Below, in pieces: positions 8,187 through 20,492 of a stretch of DNA of 47,064 nucleotides (its first letter is position 1; each line of letters opens with the position of its first letter). A program made the translations under genes and the position numbers. The notes below the pieces were generated by a model. It was not told where the DNA came from. It was given only the letters and a program-made list of their open reading frames with translations, and searched no databases. The stretch lies in contig JANRLW010000076.1 in assembly GCA_033762295.1 (NCBI GenBank), positions 1-47,064 on the forward strand, in the 5' to 3' direction. This stretch comes from Capsulimonadales bacterium. GTDB lineage: Bacteria; Armatimonadota; Armatimonadia; Armatimonadales; Armatimonadaceae.

Positions 8187-11100
8187 TTACTCGCCCTCGG
8201 AGTCGCCGCCGAGCAGTTCCTCCAACTGCATCGCCGCCGCCGCCTTGCGTGAATCCAGCGCCGCCAGATCCTCTTCCAGAGGCTCCAGATCGACGGCTGC
8301 CTGCCGCGACCGGGACGGACCGGTCAGCGGTTTGCCGTCCGGTGTCGTCGTCTCCAGAGCGCGGTACTGAGCAAGCCCCGTACCGGCCGGAATCAATCGC
8401 CCGATAATGACGTTCTCCTTCAGGCCGACCAGCGCATCCCGCTTGCCGCGAACCGCCGCTTCCGTCAGAACACGGGTCGTCTTCTGGAACGACGCCGCCG
8501 ACAGGAACGACTCGGTCGCCAGAGAGGCTTCCGTAATTCCCAGCAGAACCGGAACCGACGTGGCCGGACGACCCGGCGTCGCACGCGCCTCGATCTCGCG
8601 ATTGGCATCCTCGATATCGAAGCGGTCCACCGTCTGGCCGGGCAGGAAATCGCAGTCGCCCGGTTCGACCACCTTTCGTTTACGCAACATCTGGCGAATG
8701 ATGACCTCAATGTGCTTGTCATTGATGTCGACGCCCTGCTGCTTGTAGACCGTCTGCACTTCCTTGATCAGATACTCCTGCACCCCGCGCAGTCCCTGAA
8801 GTTCCAGAACCACCTGCGGGTCCAGCGGCCCGTCGGTCAGTCGGTTCCCCGGTTCGATCTCATCACCCTCACGCACTCGAAGATCGCCACGATACGGAAC
8901 CATCTTCATCTTTCGGACGATCACCTGCGTCACCCCGGCATCGCGGACCTTACGTGACATACGCTCGGTGACCTGCTCTCCGGCGCTCACCATGACCTCG
9001 CCGGTCTCCGAATGTTTGATCGGTTCGGCGGCGATCTCATCCTTGATGCTCTTGGCGTCCTCGGACACTTTGACCGGCGTGTGGATCACCACCCGGCGCA
9101 ATCCCTGTTCCATCCGGATCTCCGCGACCTTGCCGCCGAACTCCGTGATGATCGCCTGGCCCTTCGGCTTCCGCGACTCGAACAGTTCCACGACTCGCAG
9201 CAACCCGCCGACCTGTTCCTCGGCAACCTTCAGAAGCTGCTGCACCTGCCGCTGCTTTTCACGCTCACTGCCGGTCTCGTTGTCCAGGTTGATACGCTCG
9301 GTTCGGGCGTCCTCATAAAGGTACTGCAGGTTGCTCGCGCGCGCTCGACGAACGTTGGCGACACCGGTCAGCTGGTTGGCGGAGGCGATACCTCCCGTAT
9401 GGAACGTTCGCATCGTCAGCTGAGTACCGGGTTCGCCGATCGACTGCGCCGCGATGATTCCGACGGCGACCCCGATCTCGACCTTCTTACCGGTCGCCAT
9501 ATCCCGACCGTAGCACATCGCGCAGATGCCCTGGCGCGACTCGCAGAACAACACGGACCGCAGACCGACCCGCTTGACGCCCGAGGCCTGCACACGGGTC
9601 GCCATTTCGTCGGTGATGATCTCATCCTTGGCGACGACCAATTCGCCGGTCTGCGGATGGACCACATCCTCCAGTACCGTTCGCCCCTTGACCCGTTCGG
9701 CCAGCGTTTCGATCGCGTCCTTGTCGTCCTTGATCTCGCTGACCCAGACGCCCTGCTCGGTGCCGCAGTTGTCCTCACGGACAATCACGTCCTGCGCGAC
9801 GTCGACCAGTCGTCGCGTCAGGTAACCGGCGTCCGCCGTACGAAGAGCGGTATCCGCCAGACCCTTTCGCGCGCCGTGCGTCGTCACGAAATATTCCAGC
9901 GTCGACAGCCCCTCGTGGAAGTTGGACTTCACCGGCAGGGAGTCGATAATGTTCCCGAACGGGTCGGACATCAATCCCCGCATGCCGGACAACTGTGCCA
10001 GCTGCTTTTTGGAGCCGCGCGCCTTGCTATCCGTGATAATGTTGATCGGATTGAACTGCTCGATGTACTTGATGATCTCGTCCGCAATCTGCGCGGTCGC
10101 TCCGGTCCAGAGTCGAAGAACCTTCTGCTTCCGTTCACCCGCCGACAGCGCGCCGCGGCGGAACTGCGTATTGGCCTCCGCTACCTCCTGCTCCGTCTTT
10201 CGCAGGATCTCCGCGCGGGTCGGCGGCGACTTCATGTCCGTCAACGAGAAGGTGATACCCGCTCGCGCCGCCCATTTGAAACCGATCGCTTTGATATCAT
10301 CCAGCAGGGCGATCGTACGCTCGTCTCCCTCGGCCTCGTGGACCTCGGCGATCAGCTTGGTGATGGCGCCCTTCTCCATCGTCCGGTTGACCCAGCGTAC
10401 CGACTCCGGAACGATCTCATTGTAGATCAGTCGCCCCACGGTGATGGTAACGATCTTGCGCCCTCCACCGCTCTTGAAGTCCGGCAGACGCACTTCGATA
10501 TGTTCGTGCAGATCGAGCAGGCCGTTATCATACGCCTGGATCGCGTCCTGCGCCGAGGCGAACACCGGGAACTTGAACACGGCGATACCACCCTGAAGAT
10601 CGACCGCGTCCGCCATCTCCGTCAGAATCCGGGCGACCTCCTCCGAGATCCGCCCGCCGCCCGGGGTCAGGACATCCCCGGTCGACGGATGAACGATATC
10701 GGTCTCCGCCTTCAGCCCGGTCAGACGAGCGATCAGCTTCTCCCCTTTCAGTCCGCCAAAATCCTTGCCCAGACGCAGCTTCTTCTTTTCCATCGTCAGG
10801 AAGTAGTTCCCGAGGACGATGTCCTGTTGCGGCGACACGATCGGAGAACCGTCCGCCGGAGAGAACAGGTTGTGCGTCGAGAGCATCAGAATCCGCGCCT
10901 CGGCCTGCGCCGTCGCCGACAGAGGAATGTGCACCGCCATCTGGTCCCCGTCAAAGTCCGCGTTGAACGCCTTGCAGACGAGCGGATGCAGTTGGATCGC
11001 CTTACCATCGACCAGCTTCGGCTCGAACGCCTGAATGCCGAGGCGGTGCAGGGTGGGAGCGCGGTTCAGTAGAACCGGGTGCTCCTTGATGACCTCCTCC

Positions 11101-12674
11101 AGCGCATCCCAGACCTCCGGACGCATCTTGTCGATCATCCGCTTGGCGGTCTTGATGTTGCTCGTATACTGTCGCTCCACCAGCGTCTTCATGACGAACG
11201 GTTTGAACAGTTCGAGCGCCATCTCCTTGGGCAAACCGCACTCATGCAGCTTCAATTCCGGACCGACGACGATGACCGAACGACCGGAGTAATCGACGCG
11301 CTTTCCGAGCAGGTTCTTTCGGAACCGGCCCTCCTTGCCCTTCAGCATGTCGGACAGCGACTTGAGCGGACGACCGTTCGAACCGGTCACCGGGCGCGTA
11401 CGCCGCCCGTTGTCGATCAGGGCGTCAACCGCTTCCTGAAGCAGACGCTTCTCATGGTTGACGATCGATTCCGGGGCGCGAATCTCCTGTATCTTCTTCA
11501 GACGGTTGTTCCGGTTGATGATACGGCGATAGAGATCGTTCAGGTCCGACGTCGCAAAGCGACCGCCGTCGAGCTGAACCATCGGGCGCAGTTCCGGCGA
11601 AATGACCGGCACCGCGTCCATAATCATCCACTCCGGACGCGACTTCGACTCGATGAAGGCATTGACGACTTCGATCCGCTTGATGGCGCGCAGCCGCTTC
11701 GGCCCCTGCGTCTCCTCGATCTCCTTGCGCAACTGACGCTGCAGCGATTCGAGATCGATCTCCATCAGCAGTTCCTTGATCGCCGCGCCGCCCAGACCGG
11801 CCCGCACGACGGAGGTGGACGACGTATCGGAGATGCCGTCGTAGAGGGTGGCGTCGACGCGATCGGCCAACACCATCAGCAGACGTTCGATCGCGCGCCA
11901 CTGGTCCTCATTGATCAGCATCCGCTTGTCCAGTGTCCGAACGAGTTCGAGTGCCTCCTTCAACTCGGCGGCACGCTCCTCGGCGTCCTTTTCCTCCTGC
12001 TTGATGCGCTCGTTCAGCTGGCGTTCCCGCTCGATGACCTCATCCTCGGTATACGGAACGCGCTCCGGTTCCTCATCGGACTCCTCGTCGGTCTCGACAT
12101 ACACCTCCTGATCGACGATCCGGCCCTGCGCGATCTCACGGGCGAACTCATCCCGGTACTCACGAATCGCCTCATCCCGTTCGTCCTCGATGGCCGCCAC
12201 TTCCTGATCGACCGCGACGCGGAACTGGTCCATCCCGTTCAGGATCCGCCCCTTGTCGACATGGGTCACGATATAGGAGGCGAAGTAGAGCACCTTCTCC
12301 AGCGGACGCGGCGTCATGTCCAGCAACAGGGCGAGCGGCGACGGCACACCCTTCAGATACCAGATGTGGCAGACCGGCGAGGCCAGTTCGATGTGCCCCA
12401 TGCGTTCGCGGCGCACCTTGGACCGGGTCACTTCGACGCCGCAACGGTCGCAGATGATGCCTTTGAACTTGACCTTCTTATAGCGTCCGCAGTGGCACTC
12501 CCAGTCCTTCTGCGGCCCGAAGATCTTTTCGCAAAAGAGGCCGTCCCGCTCCGGCTTGAAGGTGCGGTAATTGATGGTCTCCGGCTTTTTCACCTCGCCG
12601 TAGGACCAGGCCCGGATCTGGTCCGGGGATGCGATACCGATTCGAATTTTGTCAAATGTACTTGCGTCGGCCAT
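8187..12674 (-). CDS. rpoC: DNA-directed RNA polymerase beta' subunit
   Basis: KPETINYRT, zinc finger CHCG..C..CG, catalytic [28 protein letters not shown]. Confidence 0.99.
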   Translation of the reverse strand: MADASTFDKIRIGIASPDQIRAWSYGEVKKPETINYRTFKPERDGLFCEKIFGPQKDWECHCGRYKKVKFKGIICDRCGVEVTRSKVRRERMGHIELASPVCHIWYLKGVPSPLALLLDMTPRPLEKVLYFASYIVTHVDKGRILNGMDQFRVAVDQEVAAIEDERDEAIREYRDEFAREIAQGRIVDQEVYVETDEESDEEPERVPYTEDEVIERERQLNERIKQEEKDAEERAAELKEALELVRTLDKRMLINEDQWRAIERLLMVLADRVDATLYDGISDTSSTSVVRAGLGGAAIKELLMEIDLESLQRQLRKEIEETQGPKRLRAIKRIEVVNAFIESKSRPEWMIMDAVPVISPELRPMVQLDGGRFATSDLNDLYRRIINRNNRLKKIQEIRAPESIVNHEKRLLQEAVDALIDNGRRTRPVTGSNGRPLKSLSDMLKGKEGRFRKNLLGKRVDYSGRSVIVVGPELKLHECGLPKEMALELFKPFVMKTLVERQYTSNIKTAKRMIDKMRPEVWDALEEVIKEHPVLLNRAPTLHRLGIQAFEPKLVDGKAIQLHPLVCKAFNADFDGDQMAVHIPLSATAQAEARILMLSTHNLFSPADGSPIVSPQQDIVLGNYFLTMEKKKLRLGKDFGGLKGEKLIARLTGLKAETDIVHPSTGDVLTPGGGRISEEVARILTEMADAVDLQGGIAVFKFPVFASAQDAIQAYDNGLLDLHEHIEVRLPDFKSGGGRKIVTITVGRLIYNEIVPESVRWVNRTMEKGAITKLIAEVHEAEGDERTIALLDDIKAIGFKWAARAGITFSLTDMKSPPTRAEILRKTEQEVAEANTQFRRGALSAGERKQKVLRLWTGATAQIADEIIKYIEQFNPINIITDSKARGSKKQLAQLSGMRGLMSDPFGNIIDSLPVKSNFHEGLSTLEYFVTTHGARKGLADTALRTADAGYLTRRLVDVAQDVIVREDNCGTEQGVWVSEIKDDKDAIETLAERVKGRTVLEDVVHPQTGELVVAKDEIITDEMATRVQASGVKRVGLRSVLFCESRQGICAMCYGRDMATGKKVEIGVAVGIIAAQSIGEPGTQLTMRTFHTGGIASANQLTGVANVRRARASNLQYLYEDARTERINLDNETGSEREKQRQVQQLLKVAEEQVGGLLRVVELFESRKPKGQAIITEFGGKVAEIRMEQGLRRVVIHTPVKVSEDAKSIKDEIAAEPIKHSETGEVMVSAGEQVTERMSRKVRDAGVTQVIVRKMKMVPYRGDLRVREGDEIEPGNRLTDGPLDPQVVLELQGLRGVQEYLIKEVQTVYKQQGVDINDKHIEVIIRQMLRKRKVVEPGDCDFLPGQTVDRFDIEDANREIEARATPGRPATSVPVLLGITEASLATESFLSAASFQKTTRVLTEAAVRGKRDALVGLKENVIIGRLIPAGTGLAQYRALETTTPDGKPLTGPSRSRQAAVDLEPLEEDLAALDSRKAAAAMQLEELLGGDSEGE

Positions 12675-12833
12675 TCTTCAACCTTTCGCGTTTGCCCCCG
12701 CCTGTCGGGTCGCCCCCGCTTCCGCAAAGGCGTGTTGTCCGCAACGAGATCAGGAGCCCAGCCACTGGAAACAGCGATCGCAGCCGTCGGTCCCTTCCGA
12801 GATTCGCCCGGAAGGGGACCGACGTGAGAGGCG

Positions 12834-15800
12834 TTAATCCACCGGGAACGGTTCTTCCGGTTCGAGGCGCTTCAGGGCGGAGCGGCGGCGGGCCGACTCC
12901 TCGTCCATGTAGTCCTCGTCCTTGTCCTTCAGATCGATCTCCGCGCCGCCCGCGTCCTCGACCGTCACTTTCAGCGCGAGCGACTGCAGTTCGTTGACCA
13001 GAATCTTGAACGATTCCGGCACCCCCGGTTCCAGCATCGCATCGCCTTTCACGATGCTCTCGTAGGTCTTGACACGACCCAGAACGTCGTCGGACTTGAT
13101 CGTCAGAATCTCCTGCAGCGTGTAGGCCGCGCCGTAGGCTTCCAGCGCCCAGACCTCCATCTCGCCGAAACGCTGACCGCCGAACTGCGCCTTTCCGCCG
13201 AGCGGCTGCTGCGTGACCAGCGAGTAAGGACCGGTCGAACGGGCGTGAATCTTGTCATCGACCAGGTGGGCCAGCTTCAGCATATAAATATAGCCCACCG
13301 AAACCGGCATATTGAACTTCTCTCCGGTACGGCCATCATAGACATCCGATTTGCAGGACTCTTCGTGGAAGCCGACCCGCTTCCAGACACGCTCGCCGAT
13401 GGTCGCCAGAAGCTCCTCATACGGGAAATCGGCGGGGACGCTGACTTCCTCCTCCTCGGACGTATCGGGCGGAACTACCTCCGGTCCCGAGAGAATTTGC
13501 GAGATTCTATCCAGTTCGCGCGCCGACAGGTCGCGCAGAGCGGCTTCCAGCGGCCCCATCAGATCCGCCATCGTCTGCGGATTCTCCGGGTCCGGTTCCG
13601 GAAACTCGACGTTCAGCCGCAGATCGGACCGGACGAACCGCACGAGCATTTCCAGGCGACGCTTCTCACCGTAACGCCGCATCTCCCGAAGAATCTCCTC
13701 CTCGGTCGATCCTTCGAAGATCGGCTCCACGAACTGGACACCGAACTCCCTCGCCGCGAAACCGAGGTGGGTCTCCATGATCTGACCGATGTTCATACGG
13801 GAGGGCACCCCGAGCGGGTTGAGAACGATATCGACCGGCGTGCCATCCGCCAGAAACGGCATGTCCGCTTCCGGAAGAATCTTGGAGACGACTCCCTTGT
13901 TGCCGTGACGGCCCGCCATCTTGTCGCCTTCCATGATCTTGCGCTTCTGAGCCACATAGACGCGCACCAGCTTGTTCACGCCCGCCGGCAGTTCGTCCGG
14001 CGGAAGTCGTTCCAGTTCCGACCCGTCATACGGCGACTCCAGCGAGTCCGGCTTCTTCGAGAAGTTGAAGATGTTGCCCGAGGCGTCCCGATACTTGAAC
14101 CGGGAGAACACCTTCACATCGACGACCTTGCCCTTCTCACCGTGGGGCAGACGCAGGGAAACGTCGCGCGTCTCCTCCGCCTTCTTTCCGAAGATCGCGA
14201 TGATCAGTCGCTCCTCCGCCGTCAGTTCGCCCTGTCCCTTCGGCGCGACCTTGCCGACAAGAATGTCGTCCGGCCGTACCTCCGCGCCGACACGGATAAT
14301 CCCGTCCTCGTCCAGGTCCTTCAGAGCGTCCTCGCCGACATTCGGAATGTCACGGGTCATCTCCTCCGGCCCCAGTTTGGTATCGCGGGACTCCAGTTCG
14401 TGCTTCTCAATGTGAATCGACGTATAGACGTCGTCCTTGAGCAGACGCTGCGACAGCAGAATCGCGTCCTCGTAGTTGTAGCCGTTCCAGGGCATGAAGG
14501 CGACAAGCACGTTCTGCCCGAGCGCCAGTTCGCCCTTGTCGGTACACGGACCGTCGGCCAGAACCTGCCCCTGCCGAACATACTCGCCATTATCGACGAT
14601 CGGTCGCTGCGTAATACAGGTCGTCTGGTTCGAGCGCACCATGTTCAGCAGCGGGTACCGGTCGATTCGGCCGTCCCGAGCCTCGACGATGATCTCCTCC
14701 GACGTCACTTTGCGGACGCGCCCGCCCCGCTTGGCCAGCACCACCGCGCCGGAATCCTGCGCCGCGCGCCGTTCCATGCCGGTCTTGACCAGCGGTGCCG
14801 ACGGTCGGATGGTCGGTACGCCCTGACGCTGCATGTTCGCGCCCATCAGCGCGCGGTTCGCGTCATCGTTCTCCAGGAACGGGATCATCGCCGTCGCAAC
14901 CGAGACAAGCTGCTGCGGGGAGACGTCCATATACTCCACTCGCCGCGCCGGTTCGATCGGATACTCGTTGTTATAGCGGACCTGCACCAGTCGTTCGACG
15001 AACGTGCCGTCCGGGTTCAGGCGGACGCTTGCCGGACAGATGCGATAGTGATGCTCGTTATCCGCCGGAAGCCAGTGAATCTCATCCGTCGCCCGACCGT
15101 CGACGACACGCCGGTACGGGGTCTCAAGGAAGCCGAACGGGTCGACGCGGGCATGCACCGCCATCGAACCGATCAGACCGATGTTCGGCCCTTCCGGCGT
15201 CTCGATCGGACAGATCCGCCCGTAGTGCGAGTGGTGAACGTCCCGCACCTCCAGTTTGGCCGACTGGCGCGAAAGACCGCCCGGTCCGAGCGCCGACAGA
15301 CGACGTTTGTGGGTCAGTTCCGCCAGCGGGTTCGTCTGGTCCATGAACTGCGACAGCTGCGACGAGCCGAAGAACGACTTGATGGCGGCCGAGATCGGCT
15401 TCACCGACAGGACGACCTGCGGAATGATGTTGTCGGCATCCGTCTGCGCCATGCGCTCCTTGGCGACCTTTTCCATTCGCAGGAAGCCCATGCGCAACTG
15501 TGAGTAGAGCAACTCGCCGACGGATCGAACGCGCTTGTTTTCCAGGTGGTCGATGTCATCGGTCGTAAAGCGCCGCTTCTCCTCCTCGGTCGCGTCCGGA
15601 TCGATATTGACCCGCGCCAGTCCCATGATGTACTCCATAATGGCGACGACATCATGCGTGGTGACCGTCCGGGTCGACAGCGGAAGGGAGATGCCGAGCT
15701 TCTTATTGATCTTGTGACGTCCGACCTTCGCCAGATCGTAACGCCGCGAGTCGAAGAACATCGACTGCAGAAGGGAGCGCGACGATTCCGCCGTCACCGG

Positions 15801-17045
15801 ATCGCCGGGACGGATCTTGTGATAGATATCGGCCAGCGCGCTCGCCTGATCATGGACCTTGCTATCCTCCATCTCCAGGGTGGCGGCGATATGACGCGGG
15901 ACTTCGAGAACCTCGAGCGAACTCAGGCCCAGCCCGGCGATCTTCTTGGCGGCTTCCTTCTCGATCCGTCCGAAAGCGGGGACGATCTGTTTGCCGTTGG
16001 CGTCGTCGATCTCCGTCGCCGCATACTTGCCGACCAGGCTCTCGGCGGTCAGAGGGTTCAACCCCTCGACGGTCGCCCCCTCGGCCGGTTGCCCCAGGGT
16101 CACGGTCTTTCCGAAGTGCCGCAGAATCTCCTCATCGGTCTCGACGGACAGACGGTCGACACGAACGCGAATACCGCGCAACGCCTCGATCGCCTCCTCC
16201 GGCGACAGCGCCTTGGTTACCCGGCGGGACGTCGAGTCCGCTCCGATGACCTCCGCGATCCGGCGGAACGCATCCTCAGGTCCGCTCGTTTCGGCGATCT
16301 GTCGGAAGATGTCGGACATGGTTCGCAGGAGGGAACGGTAATCCTCCTGGCTCAGCACCACGCCGGACTCGAACAGGATCTCTCCGGTCAGCGGGTCGGC
16401 GATCGGGCGTGCCAGTTTCTTCCCGGGCAGTTCGGTGAAGTCCACCGAGAACTCACCGTGCGGGTTGGCGATCTCGAAATGATGGAGGGCGCGTAGCAGG
16501 GTGGTGATCGCGAACCGCTTGTTCTGTCCGATACGCACCGTGATGGCGTCCGACGAATCGGTTTCGATGTCCACCCAGGGGCCCTCGGAAGGTATCAGGG
16601 TCGCGAAAAACTCCCAGTTCAGCGAAAGGTTCAGCGCGTCGCGAAAATAGATACCGGCGGATCGGGACAACTGGGAGACCACGACGCGTTCCGCGCCGTT
16701 GACCACGAAGGTTCCCTTATCGGTCATCAGGGGCAGATCCCCGAGATACACCTCCTGTTCCACCACCTCCTCGGTACCGATCAGGCGTACTTTAGCCTTG
16801 ATCGGCGACTCGAAGGTCACGTCACGCGAGCGACATTGTTCCAGCGTATACTTGGGTTCGCCCAGCGTAAAGTCCACCAGTTCGATCCCTCGTTCGCCGG
16901 AAAAGTCGTAGATCGGGGAGAACGACTCAAAAAGCTCGTTCAATCCCTCTTCCAGAAACCAGCGAAACGAGTTCAACTGAATTTCAACGAGGTTGGGGAT
17001 TCCGATGGCGTGCGAGGCACGCTTAGCCGTGTGCTGAATTTCCAT
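12834..17045 (-). CDS. rpoB: DNA-directed RNA polymerase beta subunit
   Basis: [65 protein letters not shown]. Confidence 0.99.
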   Translation of the reverse strand: MEIQHTAKRASHAIGIPNLVEIQLNSFRWFLEEGLNELFESFSPIYDFSGERGIELVDFTLGEPKYTLEQCRSRDVTFESPIKAKVRLIGTEEVVEQEVYLGDLPLMTDKGTFVVNGAERVVVSQLSRSAGIYFRDALNLSLNWEFFATLIPSEGPWVDIETDSSDAITVRIGQNKRFAITTLLRALHHFEIANPHGEFSVDFTELPGKKLARPIADPLTGEILFESGVVLSQEDYRSLLRTMSDIFRQIAETSGPEDAFRRIAEVIGADSTSRRVTKALSPEEAIEALRGIRVRVDRLSVETDEEILRHFGKTVTLGQPAEGATVEGLNPLTAESLVGKYAATEIDDANGKQIVPAFGRIEKEAAKKIAGLGLSSLEVLEVPRHIAATLEMEDSKVHDQASALADIYHKIRPGDPVTAESSRSLLQSMFFDSRRYDLAKVGRHKINKKLGISLPLSTRTVTTHDVVAIMEYIMGLARVNIDPDATEEEKRRFTTDDIDHLENKRVRSVGELLYSQLRMGFLRMEKVAKERMAQTDADNIIPQVVLSVKPISAAIKSFFGSSQLSQFMDQTNPLAELTHKRRLSALGPGGLSRQSAKLEVRDVHHSHYGRICPIETPEGPNIGLIGSMAVHARVDPFGFLETPYRRVVDGRATDEIHWLPADNEHHYRICPASVRLNPDGTFVERLVQVRYNNEYPIEPARRVEYMDVSPQQLVSVATAMIPFLENDDANRALMGANMQRQGVPTIRPSAPLVKTGMERRAAQDSGAVVLAKRGGRVRKVTSEEIIVEARDGRIDRYPLLNMVRSNQTTCITQRPIVDNGEYVRQGQVLADGPCTDKGELALGQNVLVAFMPWNGYNYEDAILLSQRLLKDDVYTSIHIEKHELESRDTKLGPEEMTRDIPNVGEDALKDLDEDGIIRVGAEVRPDDILVGKVAPKGQGELTAEERLIIAIFGKKAEETRDVSLRLPHGEKGKVVDVKVFSRFKYRDASGNIFNFSKKPDSLESPYDGSELERLPPDELPAGVNKLVRVYVAQKRKIMEGDKMAGRHGNKGVVSKILPEADMPFLADGTPVDIVLNPLGVPSRMNIGQIMETHLGFAAREFGVQFVEPIFEGSTEEEILREMRRYGEKRRLEMLVRFVRSDLRLNVEFPEPDPENPQTMADLMGPLEAALRDLSARELDRISQILSGPEVVPPDTSEEEEVSVPADFPYEELLATIGERVWKRVGFHEESCKSDVYDGRTGEKFNMPVSVGYIYMLKLAHLVDDKIHARSTGPYSLVTQQPLGGKAQFGGQRFGEMEVWALEAYGAAYTLQEILTIKSDDVLGRVKTYESIVKGDAMLEPGVPESFKILVNELQSLALKVTVEDAGGAEIDLKDKDEDYMDEESARRRSALKRLEPEEPFPVD

Positions 17046-17359
17046 ACCGATTTTAGACCCCTCCTAAGCGGGTCATGGTAAAGGCGGCCAGTGAGTCGGG
17101 CGACGGAACGGACCGATAATTGAAAGGGTCAAACACCTTAAATGCGGTAACACCAGGTTCGCGTGTGAGAAAGCTGTCGATCAAGCCCTTGATCCGATTG
17201 ATTGATGATGGCACAGACAACAAAATCGCAGATAACGAAAGGCCGGATCGGCGGCACAACGTCATCTGCTCAGCGTTTGGTATTTCCTATGGTTTCACGT
17301 CTCAGGCAGGCGCGAGCCAATAAAAAGACGGTCATTCTGTCGACACAACACAACCGTCT

Positions 17360-17388
17360 ATCTTAGCACCCTCTTTGCACCTTGTCAA
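17360..17388 (-). promoter_or_regulatory. Consensus sigma70 promoter for rpoBC
   Basis: - strand TTGACA-17 nt-TAAGAT with extended -10 TG; implies a ~300-nt 5' leader. Confidence 0.8.
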
Positions 17389-17438
17389 CCTAAAGGAACA
17401 GGTTGTGAAAAAATAATCGTGCGCCACGACGCTCGTTT

Positions 17439-17447
17439 TGATATAAT
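17439..17447 (+). promoter_or_regulatory. Extended -10 promoter for greA
   Basis: TGaTATAAT ~205 nt upstream of the greA ATG. Confidence 0.65.
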
Positions 17448-17505
17448 CCCGATAACGTCCCGGTCCGAGTCGTCCTCCGGGATACGGCCAATAAATAAGG
17501 TTGTT

Positions 17506-17534
17506 CGCCCCGTGTTTTGCGGGGCGTTTCGTTT
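17506..17534 (+). terminator. Intrinsic terminator/attenuator in the greA leader
   Basis: CGCCCCGT-GTTTT-GCGGGGCG stem followed by TTTCGTTT. Confidence 0.65.
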
Positions 17535-17651
17535 ACCCGGAGTGGTTCCCGCCGTAAACGATACACCGCCGTCCGCCGGTCGTTCCCCAACGATCCGGAA
17601 CAGGGAAATCCATCGGTCGGAGGCAGGGTTTTGCAGGAGTGTTGAATCATT

Positions 17652-18119
17652 ATGGCAGATGATATCGTTTTGACGCCCAGCGCAAAGCGCAAGATCGAAG
17701 ATGAGCTGCGCCGGCTTCGCGAGGTGGAGATGCCCGATCTTTCCGAACGTATCCGGCAGGCGCGTGACCTGGGAGACCTTTCCGAAAACTTCGACTACCA
17801 GGATGCGAAGCGGCAACAGGGGTTTGTCTCCGGACGAATCGCCGATCTGCAGGCCATGCTCGACCGGGGGAAAGTCGTCGAGGAGATCGGACCCGGTTCC
17901 GATGTCGTCGGAATGGGCTCCGTCGTACGGGTCCGGGATCTCGATTACGATGACGAGTTCTCCGTCAAACTGGTCAGCCCCAATGAAGCCAACGGAGTCG
18001 ATGCGGTTTCGTCCCTGTCGCCTATCGGAAAAGCGTTGATGAACCGAAAAGTCGGAGACAAAATCGCGGTCGAAACGCCCGATGGCAAAACGACCTTTGA
18101 AATTCTGACGATCGAGTAG
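17652..18119 (+). CDS. greA: Transcription elongation factor GreA
   Basis: ARDLGDLSENFDY with the conserved acidic residues; SPIGKAL..KVGD; AGGAG SD. Confidence 0.97.
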   Translation: MADDIVLTPSAKRKIEDELRRLREVEMPDLSERIRQARDLGDLSENFDYQDAKRQQGFVSGRIADLQAMLDRGKVVEEIGPGSDVVGMGSVVRVRDLDYDDEFSVKLVSPNEANGVDAVSSLSPIGKALMNRKVGDKIAVETPDGKTTFEILTIE

Positions 18120-18203
18120 GTCGAGCAGGCATCGAGCAGATATCGAACAGGTCGGGTGAAACGGCGTTCCCCGGCGACCTCGCCGTCGTCGGGGACTTGC
18201 CGC

Positions 18204-18659
18204 TTAGCCGCGCGCTTTGATCTCCTGACGGCGCATCGGCATCCGGTCCACCAGCGCGAAGAGTTGCCGTAACTCCGGACAGCGGCGCGAGGCGACCTTG
18301 ATTCGCGTATCCTTCCCCACCAGGTAAAACGCCGGTGCGCCGCCCAGTTGCATGATCGCCGCTCCGTCGCGATCGCGTAACGAGTGGAAAGGCGACGGCA
18401 TCTCTCGCGCCTCCCGGATCCGCCTCGGATCGCGCGCCAGTACCAGAACGGTCGTGTCCCGGTTCTCAAAGGCGTTGAACGCCCGGACCGCCTCCCCCAG
18501 CCACGTATGGGAATTGTCCCCCGGACCGGGCTTCTCGTCCAGCAGCAGAAGTACCATACGCCGTCCTCGTACCAGTCGGGACGAACGAACCGCCTGCCCC
18601 TTGGCCGAGGTCAGGACGAACGACGGAAGACGCTCTCCCTCCCGCATCAAATCCCTCAT
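18204..18659 (-). CDS. Thioredoxin-fold DUF4174/redoxin-like protein without CxxC
   Basis: N-terminal GERLPSFVL..GQAV (AhpC/TSA-like); C-terminal LVGKD...LFALVDRMPMRRQE (DUF4174 signature); strong GAGGAGG SD. Confidence 0.75.
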   Translation of the reverse strand: MRDLMREGERLPSFVLTSAKGQAVRSSRLVRGRRMVLLLLDEKPGPGDNSHTWLGEAVRAFNAFENRDTTVLVLARDPRRIREAREMPSPFHSLRDRDGAAIMQLGGAPAFYLVGKDTRIKVASRRCPELRQLFALVDRMPMRRQEIKARG

Positions 18660-18839
18660 TTTCGTTTCCTCCTCTCATAGAACCGGGGCGCTGGCTTCCG
18701 GGTTGCCTCGGGTCGGCCGACGACGAGGATAAAAGAAACATTTCCCCATTCCTGTGCGCCTTATGTCTGCTGAAATCCGCCCAGGAAAATAGTACCCCTG
18801 ACCCGGCGGAACACTGGAATCACCAGAAAGAGGATTCTC

Positions 18840-19490
18840 ATGATGAACAAGGTATCGCTTGGCGTTGCTGCCCTGCTCGGAACGCTGTCCGTTGCCGTTT
18901 TCGTTGAACCGGCCTCCGCGCAAAACACCCGGATGCAGCAGGGAACGTCACGTATGGCATCGAGCGGTTCCCGAATGCAGGGCAACCTGACGATGGCCGG
19001 TAAACGCTTCATCAACAAGGCGGCCATCGGCGGTATGTTCGAAGTCCGTAGCAGCCAGCTCGCGCTCAAAAAGAGCCGGCGACAGGATATCCGGCAGTTC
19101 GCACAGATGATGGTCAATGCCCACACCCAGGTGAACGGCCAGTTGAAGCAGATCGCTCGCACCAAAGGGGTGACCGTGCCCGCCAACCTCGATCGTTCGC
19201 ATCAGCGAATGTACAATCAGCTCGCCCGTCTGAACGGCGCGGCGTTCGACAATGCCTACCTGAAAGCGCAGCATATGGCGCATGTGGCCGCCGTCGACGT
19301 TTTTTCCAACGGTTCGGTCGCCCCGCGCGATTCCGATCTGAAGAGCTTTGCCGGAAAGGTGCTGCCCGACATCCGGGAACATCTGACCATGGTGCAAAAT
19401 CTCCGGGACGGTAACGGCATGGGCCGGATGACCGGCGCCGGTTCCTCCGCCGCTCCGACCGCCACCGCCGACTCCGGACCGACTCCGTAA
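18840..19490 (+). CDS. DUF4142 family secreted ferritin-like protein
   Basis: Signal peptide (…PASA-Q); FINKAAIGGMFEV.SSQLA, FAQMMVNAH, FDNAY…AH, LPDIREHL. Confidence 0.9.
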   Translation: MMNKVSLGVAALLGTLSVAVFVEPASAQNTRMQQGTSRMASSGSRMQGNLTMAGKRFINKAAIGGMFEVRSSQLALKKSRRQDIRQFAQMMVNAHTQVNGQLKQIARTKGVTVPANLDRSHQRMYNQLARLNGAAFDNAYLKAQHMAHVAAVDVFSNGSVAPRDSDLKSFAGKVLPDIREHLTMVQNLRDGNGMGRMTGAGSSAAPTATADSGPTP

Positions 19491-19499
19491 ACGGGTCGG

Positions 19500-20156
19500 T
19501 CAATCGAACGTTAGCAAGGGCGGCGGGAGCAGTAATCCCGCCGCTTCGCACGCTTCGTCGTAACCCCGGTACACCGTGCGGTCACAGGCGCTCATCGGTG
19601 GCCAGGAAATCGCCTCGCCGCCGATCGGGACCGGCAAGACCAGATGACGCCGCCGGCAGAACCCGCGCAGCCACTCCTCCTGCCATTCCTCCGCCAGGGA
19701 CAGCGACCGCGCCAGCGGAACGAGCGGTAACTCTTTCCCGATGACAATCTCCAGCGACGGATACGCCCCCCGTTCCCAGTCCGCCCAGACCTCCGACTTC
19801 TCCTCCGGATCGGTGATCGGTCGAAAATCTTCCCGGTGACGGAACGCTTTCGGGTTATACCGCAGCAACGCCGCCGCCGATAATTGAAGCGTTTCCGGCG
19901 AGAAGGTAATCAGAGCATGCGGAAAGCCGCGCCGGAATTTATCCCGCAACAACGGCGTGACCGGCGTCGGCGACAGATGAACGAAATCATCCAGTCCCAA
20001 TTTTCGATCCCGCCGGGCAACGGTTTTGCGCGGAACGATCGGCAGGCATTGCCGCTTCAATTCCGCCTGCGAGAGTAGGACTCCGGTCGCCAACAGGTGG
20101 GGAACGTAGTGGAGGGGTGTGACATGATACAGAGCCCGAACGGGAACCCGACGCAT
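19500..20156 (-). CDS. DarT-like (DUF4433) ssDNA ADP-ribosyltransferase family protein
   Basis: LYHVTPLHYVPHLLATGVLLS (cf. DarT LYHxTxxxNLxxILxxGLLS), R-rich segment, DDFVHLS..TPLL, YN, and candidate catalytic Glu E136 in SLEIVI…LPL. Confidence 0.7.
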   Translation of the reverse strand: MRRVPVRALYHVTPLHYVPHLLATGVLLSQAELKRQCLPIVPRKTVARRDRKLGLDDFVHLSPTPVTPLLRDKFRRGFPHALITFSPETLQLSAAALLRYNPKAFRHREDFRPITDPEEKSEVWADWERGAYPSLEIVIGKELPLVPLARSLSLAEEWQEEWLRGFCRRRHLVLPVPIGGEAISWPPMSACDRTVYRGYDEACEAAGLLLPPPLLTFD

Positions 20157-20492
20157 GGTGATTCATTATATAAGGAGGGTGGGCGGTCCGGACGAAAAAA
20201 AAGGGCCGATGCGCCGTTTCCTTGATACAACGTGTGTATTGGCGGATACCGGTGCGCCGGCCTCAGGGAAGAAGTGTTCTCGTCGATTTTCATAGACTGC
20301 AAGACGTATGCCAGTGGCGGGCAAGGCCGACTCGTATTCCTGCCGGTTTACGTTCTTTTTTGTTTCCGACAGATAAAATTCGATACGTGCGCAACGCCGC
20401 ATTTTAACGTATCGTGAACAGGCAAGGATCACCGGATCGAATGCGGACGACAGGTTGCCGTTCCGATCCGCATGGGGTTAATTAATACAGCC

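Noticed and set aside
9012..16496. Long + strand ORFs (686, 582, 752, 316 aa) opposite rpoC/rpoB
   Set aside because: Antisense shadows expected from high-GC codon bias; no recognisable motifs.
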